From positions 1 to 21,071 of the forward strand of contig JBMFMB010000019.1 in NCBI GenBank assembly GCA_049970895.1: 21,071 bases of DNA, given 5' to 3'. Shown piece after piece: positions 17,008-21,071 of the stretch (positions are counted from its first letter, which is position 1; each line of letters opens with the position of its first letter). Below the pieces are notes generated by a model. The model saw nothing but the letters and a program-made list of their open reading frames with translations, was not told where the DNA came from and searched no databases. This stretch comes from Candidatus Bathyarchaeia archaeon. GTDB taxonomy: Archaea > Thermoproteota > Bathyarchaeia > Bathyarchaeales > Bathycorpusculaceae. The translations under genes and the position numbers were made by a program.

Positions 17008-17642
17008 CTATTTTTTGGCCAGTGCCATCATAAATACTTTGACTGTTCCAAATGCACGCCGCTCAACTTCAAAGGATTCAACATTCACAAACCCAGTCTT
17101 TTCTAATATTTTCTCCATAGTGGTTTTTAGGAGAAACCATTCAATCTTCGAAGTTACATGGCGAAACATACGCGTTAACACATCCATAACAGGGTTTGTT
17201 GAGAAAGCATCCATTATGCAAAGCAACCCACCATGTTTTAAAACGCGATGAAACTCTTCAACAGTCACCTTTCTAGCCGATAATGTTTTGATTTCGTGGA
17301 TTACGCCACTACAAAGAATTACTTCAAAGGCGGATTCTTTAAAGGGCAGTTGTTCAACCTTAGACTTTACAACATTGAAAGTTTCACTTATTCTCCTACC
17401 ATATTTTAAGGAAAATCATCGACATCCACACCCACCATTTCAAAGCTTTTGCGACACAGTCTTCGAAGACGTAGGATAAACCTTCCCCATCCGCATCCAG
17501 CATCCAGAACAATACTCTCACCGTCGATATGCTTATCAAACAACTCTTTAATTTTGAAGAACCAGTTTTGCTTCCTACTCAAAGTGTCAGCGTCCGGAAA
17601 AGAGTGCTTTACAAGTTCTTTGGGGCTTCCTAAGGTCTTCAA
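17008..17642 (-). pseudogene. Class I SAM-dependent methyltransferase split by a single frameshift
   Basis: VLDAGCGWG...VGVDVDD. One extra T at 17412-17415 joins it to FSLKYG...QLPFKESAFEVILCSGVIHEI...EFHRVLKHGG, giving a complete Methyltransf_11-like protein. Confidence 0.85.
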
Positions 17643-17664
17643 AGTTTTAGCAACATCACCCCCC

Positions 17665-17853
17665 TCAACAACTTTTGAACCTCTTTTTTATGGCAGCTTT
17701 AAAGCTGTGAAACCATATCTGGTTTTCAAGTTCGAAGAGCAAATTTTCTAAATATTCCGGTTTGACATCAAATTTTAAAACTTCGCATTCAAAATCCCTT
17801 AAGTAATTCCTAATGAGCCCTCCAGCCTTTTCATCAAAATCTAGCTGAAGCAA
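17665..17853 (-). CDS. Small hypothetical protein (62 aa)
   Basis: GGAGG SD upstream of TTG; fills the gap between co-oriented neighbours. Confidence 0.5.
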   Translation of the reverse strand: MLQLDFDEKAGGLIRNYLRDFECEVLKFDVKPEYLENLLFELENQIWFHSFKAAIKKRFKSC

Positions 17854-17870
17854 AAACCAGCCTCCATTAG

Positions 17871-18803
17871 TTAAAATTTATGGATATACCTTAACAATTC
17901 CACGGCGCTTTGAGTTTTCTGAGGAAGTTGCAACAACAAGTATGCACCATTAACGTTGAAGTATGGTGGTCCTTTTCTTGAGAATAACGTCAAAACTTTC
18001 CTGTTATGGTTTATTTTGTAGCCTTCCCCGCATGTCTCGTGCCCCCTTATTAGAACTTTTACGCCGAAGTTTTGCAGTACCGCCTCTGTGACCTTTTGCC
18101 CAAAGAGCTTTCCCGCTCCGCGAGGTGAGGCACAAGTTTCGCTTATGGCTTCGTTTGGATCGCTCCAGAGCAAGTCTTCCAGCAAGCTTTCTGTTGGATG
18201 CCTTTCATGGGCGTAGGCTAAATCCTCAAGGCTTTTTGCTTGTGGAGGCACGCCTCCATGAACCATTAGGTAGCGTTCCTCAACGATGACGGCGTTGTAC
18301 AGGCAATGGAAAAGTTTGAAAATTTCCCAGTAGGCTTCTTGCCACGCTTCGCCGAATTTTGCTTGGAACTGCCATGGCAAGTCGTGAGGTGAAGCCAAAA
18401 GGTCTTCTGGTCCTTCGTGATTTCCCCGCATTAGAATTATTTGCCTTGGAAATTTTAGCTTAAGCTTCAATATCGTGTAGTAGACTTCAGCGGATAAGGG
18501 TCCCCTATCCCCATAATCACCAAGGAAAATCATTATTGCATTGGCGTCTTGACTTATTTTGCCTAGAAATTTGCTGCTGGTTAAAATTTCTATTAGGCTC
18601 TCTAGGTCGCCGTGCAAATCCCCAACAACCAGTGCCTCGCCAACCGGTTGAAGCTTAACAAGCCTCCCGAAAACCTCAAAATTTCCAACACGCCCGTTTT
18701 CTTTGCATATTAATTCTCTTGCCTCTTGGACAACGTGGCAGAAATCCCCGCATGTGGCTTCGAAGGCTTCCCTGACAATTTGTTTAAGGTCTGGCTCCTG
18801 CAA
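17871..18803 (-). CDS. PPP-family serine/threonine protein phosphatase
   Basis: GDLHG, GDYGDRG, RGNHE, HGG, LLWSDP, SPRGAG, IRGHE, TLFS motifs. Confidence 0.93.
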   Translation of the reverse strand: MQEPDLKQIVREAFEATCGDFCHVVQEARELICKENGRVGNFEVFGRLVKLQPVGEALVVGDLHGDLESLIEILTSSKFLGKISQDANAIMIFLGDYGDRGPLSAEVYYTILKLKLKFPRQIILMRGNHEGPEDLLASPHDLPWQFQAKFGEAWQEAYWEIFKLFHCLYNAVIVEERYLMVHGGVPPQAKSLEDLAYAHERHPTESLLEDLLWSDPNEAISETCASPRGAGKLFGQKVTEAVLQNFGVKVLIRGHETCGEGYKINHNRKVLTLFSRKGPPYFNVNGAYLLLQLPQKTQSAVELLRYIHKF

Positions 18804-18813
18804 AGCCTTTTCC

Positions 18814-20067
18814 TCAAACTTCTATGGCTATTTCAACCCGCTTTCCAGAGAAGTTGAAGATGTTCTTCTCCATGCGACTTTTACAGTCAAAAATTTTTGC
18901 CACAACATCTCTCAAGCCTCCTTCAGCAGCCTCCATTTCGGCTTCTAGGCTTTCAGCCTTCTTCCTCAGCCGATCCATATGCTCGTTTAGTTTTGCCATT
19001 TCACTTTTTGCTTCAGTTAAAGCTGAGGATGCCAAAAGTTTGGCTCTAAGCTGGTTGGCATCCACGCATTTCTTGTGTAGGCTTGCAAGCCAATCCTTAT
19101 TGAGAATTTCGTCTATGGCTTGTCTTGCCTTACGCTCTTTATCCGGCTTAAGTTTAAGCTTGCCATCAGCCATAAGCCTCAAGGTTTTCTGCAAAATCTG
19201 CCTCAAAAGCGGGTAACCTTCATTTTCCATTGCAAAAGCTTCAAAGGAGTCTGCCAAATAATGGTTAAGCTTTTTCAACTCTTCTGATGTTAAACCGCTG
19301 CCCTCGCCGTGAGACGCCAAAGACTGAAGTTTTACGAGGGGTTTTTGGAGATGCCTTAGGCAATAATCAATATCCTTTCTTAAACCTTCAATTGTCTTGT
19401 CCAACTCTGCTAGGCGGCTTAATCCGCCGCTTTTCTCAAGTTCAAAAATTTTATGCCGGATACCAGCCAATTCTTCCTCAATTTTTCTCCTTTCAGCTTC
19501 AATCCTTTTCCTCTCCTCTTTTAGGTTTTCAACCCTCTCCTTCAAACGGTTAACATCATCTATCAGCTGGAAGGTCTCCTCTAAGACTTTGGCCTTAACA
19601 TAATCCTTTGTTAGAAAGTCGTTTAGCTCCTTAAGCGAGCCTTTTGCACTTTCAAAAGCCCTCAAGAATTTTCCTCTATCAATTATGAAGAAGGGCGAAA
19701 TCCTCGGAAACCAGTTTCTAACGTCAACATCCGTAACACCATAAGCCTTCTGGACAGAGTTAACAAAACCTTCAACATCCTTGTAGGAGGGCTTTTCAGG
19801 AACCTTAATCGGCTGCATTCTTTCCAAGAAAAGTTTTGCAAGCTTGTTTAGGGCTTGAGCCCTCTTAAAAGTGCGCATGTTACGCTTCTCGATTTCCTTT
19901 CGGCTGTTCTCCAAAAGCATGCGACAAGCATCCACTAGATCTTGGTGGGCTTCCCGCATCTCGCCAAGAAGCCTCTCAGTCTTTGCATGCACCGGAGCAA
20001 GAACCGCACCCGTTTCGCCCTCAAGCCAATCTTTAAGCTCGTTAAAGGGGATTTTGATTGTTGACAA
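18814..20067 (-). CDS. Hypothetical long coiled-coil protein
   Basis: 417-aa E/K/L-rich ORF with heptad segments; no Walker motif; 10 bp upstream of the phosphatase gene. Confidence 0.85.
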   Translation of the reverse strand: MSTIKIPFNELKDWLEGETGAVLAPVHAKTERLLGEMREAHQDLVDACRMLLENSRKEIEKRNMRTFKRAQALNKLAKLFLERMQPIKVPEKPSYKDVEGFVNSVQKAYGVTDVDVRNWFPRISPFFIIDRGKFLRAFESAKGSLKELNDFLTKDYVKAKVLEETFQLIDDVNRLKERVENLKEERKRIEAERRKIEEELAGIRHKIFELEKSGGLSRLAELDKTIEGLRKDIDYCLRHLQKPLVKLQSLASHGEGSGLTSEELKKLNHYLADSFEAFAMENEGYPLLRQILQKTLRLMADGKLKLKPDKERKARQAIDEILNKDWLASLHKKCVDANQLRAKLLASSALTEAKSEMAKLNEHMDRLRKKAESLEAEMEAAEGGLRDVVAKIFDCKSRMEKNIFNFSGKRVEIAIEV

Positions 20068-20205
20068 AGACTTCTCCCAGATAAGAATAGATAAAAGTCA
20101 TATTAATTTTTAAAGTGGGGCGGAGATTGTATACCCATTTTTAAGTAGAAACTTATATATGGGTACATCGGAAAGAGGAATCTCTTTGTAAAGGCGGTGG
20201 ATAAA

Positions 20206-20871
20206 ATGAGTACGACGGGGAATTCCAGAAAAATAGTTTTTCTGGCTCTTATGGCGGCATTAGGAAACGTCATGTTTGTGATTTCTCAAACAATTTTTAA
20301 AGTTACTCAAATAGCCCTAGATTTATCCCATATTGGGACTCTAATTGCAGCCGTGTATGCAGGCCCATTGGCAGGCTTGGTTGTTGGGCTTCTTGTAGGG
20401 ATAGGCCCCGGAATTTATTTTGGATATATAGGTGGAAATCTTGGGTGGCTTGGAGTCGTAGCTTTGCCTTTAGGGAAAGCGATGACTGGTGTTGCTGTTG
20501 GTTGCTTAGTGAAAATATTCAACGTGAAAAGTTCAAGGTACTCTTCTTGGAAAATGGCTTTCGCGACTTTGGTTGGGTATATTCCAGAGTGTATTTATAC
20601 AATTTTCGTCTTTGAAGTTCTTGTTACAATTTTGCTGCCGGATGTTGCTGCATTTTTTATATCTATTTTCGGTTCAATGTGGATATTAGTGCTTTCGATT
20701 TTAGCTAAAGCATGGGTTGAAATGTGTCTTCTAGGATTTTTCATGGGAGCACTAATTGGGAATAGCGGCTTTAACGATTTTGTAGGTCGTATCTTCGTAA
20801 AGTCCATTGAAACTTCAAAACCCCGGCAGAAGATAGAGAACTCAAAGCTTGACTTAAGCAATTCTTTATGA
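20206..20871 (+). CDS. ECF transporter S-component-like membrane protein
   Basis: ALMAALG AxxxA motif in TM1, DLSHIGTLIAAVYAGPLAGLVVG, about 6 hydrophobic helices. Alternative start GTG 20197. Confidence 0.7.
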   Translation: MSTTGNSRKIVFLALMAALGNVMFVISQTIFKVTQIALDLSHIGTLIAAVYAGPLAGLVVGLLVGIGPGIYFGYIGGNLGWLGVVALPLGKAMTGVAVGCLVKIFNVKSSRYSSWKMAFATLVGYIPECIYTIFVFEVLVTILLPDVAAFFISIFGSMWILVLSILAKAWVEMCLLGFFMGALIGNSGFNDFVGRIFVKSIETSKPRQKIENSKLDLSNSL

Positions 20872-20910
20872 AAGTTTTTAATAACAATGTAGGGCAAAAT
20901 AAAGAAAAAT

Positions 20911-21071
20911 ATGAGACATCTGCCAAAATTTAAGGCTGTACTCTCAATACTTTTGTTACAGTTTTGGCGTTTGTACTTAATTTTTATGGTCCGAAAATTC
21001 CAGCTCCTTATATGCCTTCACTTTTATACTATTTATGGGAAGTGCCCATTGTTGCGGCTTTCGTTTTATGC
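20911..21071 (+). pseudogene. 5' part of a second ECF S-component-like membrane gene, frameshifted and cut by the window edge
   Basis: MRHLPKFKAVLSIL, then a -1 shift at the T-run 20951-20954 gives FVTVLAFVLNFYGPKIPAPYMPSLLYYLWEVPIVAAFVLC. Confidence 0.5.

Noticed and set aside
17871-20067. Mre11/Rad50 (SbcCD) pair
   Set aside because: The phosphoesterase has PPP-specific motifs, and the coiled-coil protein lacks Walker A/B and a CxxC hook.
4430-20897. Numerous antisense or nested ORFs in the track (e.g. 4775-5263, 8093-10207 plus strand, 12024-12425, 13493-13963, 18824-19216)
   Set aside because: They are shadows of well-supported genes and have no motifs of their own.

Overview
Archaeal chromosomal segment, probably Bathyarchaeia (inferred from the BHB-intron tRNA, CdvA-like gene, ThiDN/Thi4, an L22e-like fragment and integrase-tail motifs). 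Bases 1-4300 are a decayed mosaic of gene remnants around an intron-containing tRNA-Lys(UUU): two integrase pieces, nucleoside phosphorylase, signal peptidase I, PaREP1, ABC ATPase and acetamidase. Intact genes follow: CdvA-like, HDAC-family deacetylase, YbjQ, class V PLP enzyme and valS. Divergent from valS is a thiC-thiDN-(orf)-thi4-(43-aa Zn-finger) operon led by a clear TPP riboswitch. A riboswitch on a de novo thiamine operon is unusual in archaea, and here it has a plausible Shine-Dalgarno-sequestering expression platform; this is the main finding. A minus-strand run follows (coiled-coil protein, PPP phosphatase, small ORF, frameshifted methyltransferase, nucleoside phosphorylase, RimK/MptN-like ligase, fdhD), then ECF S-component-like genes. 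The first 77 bp exactly duplicate part of ybjQ. All family calls are from motif recognition; no searches were run.
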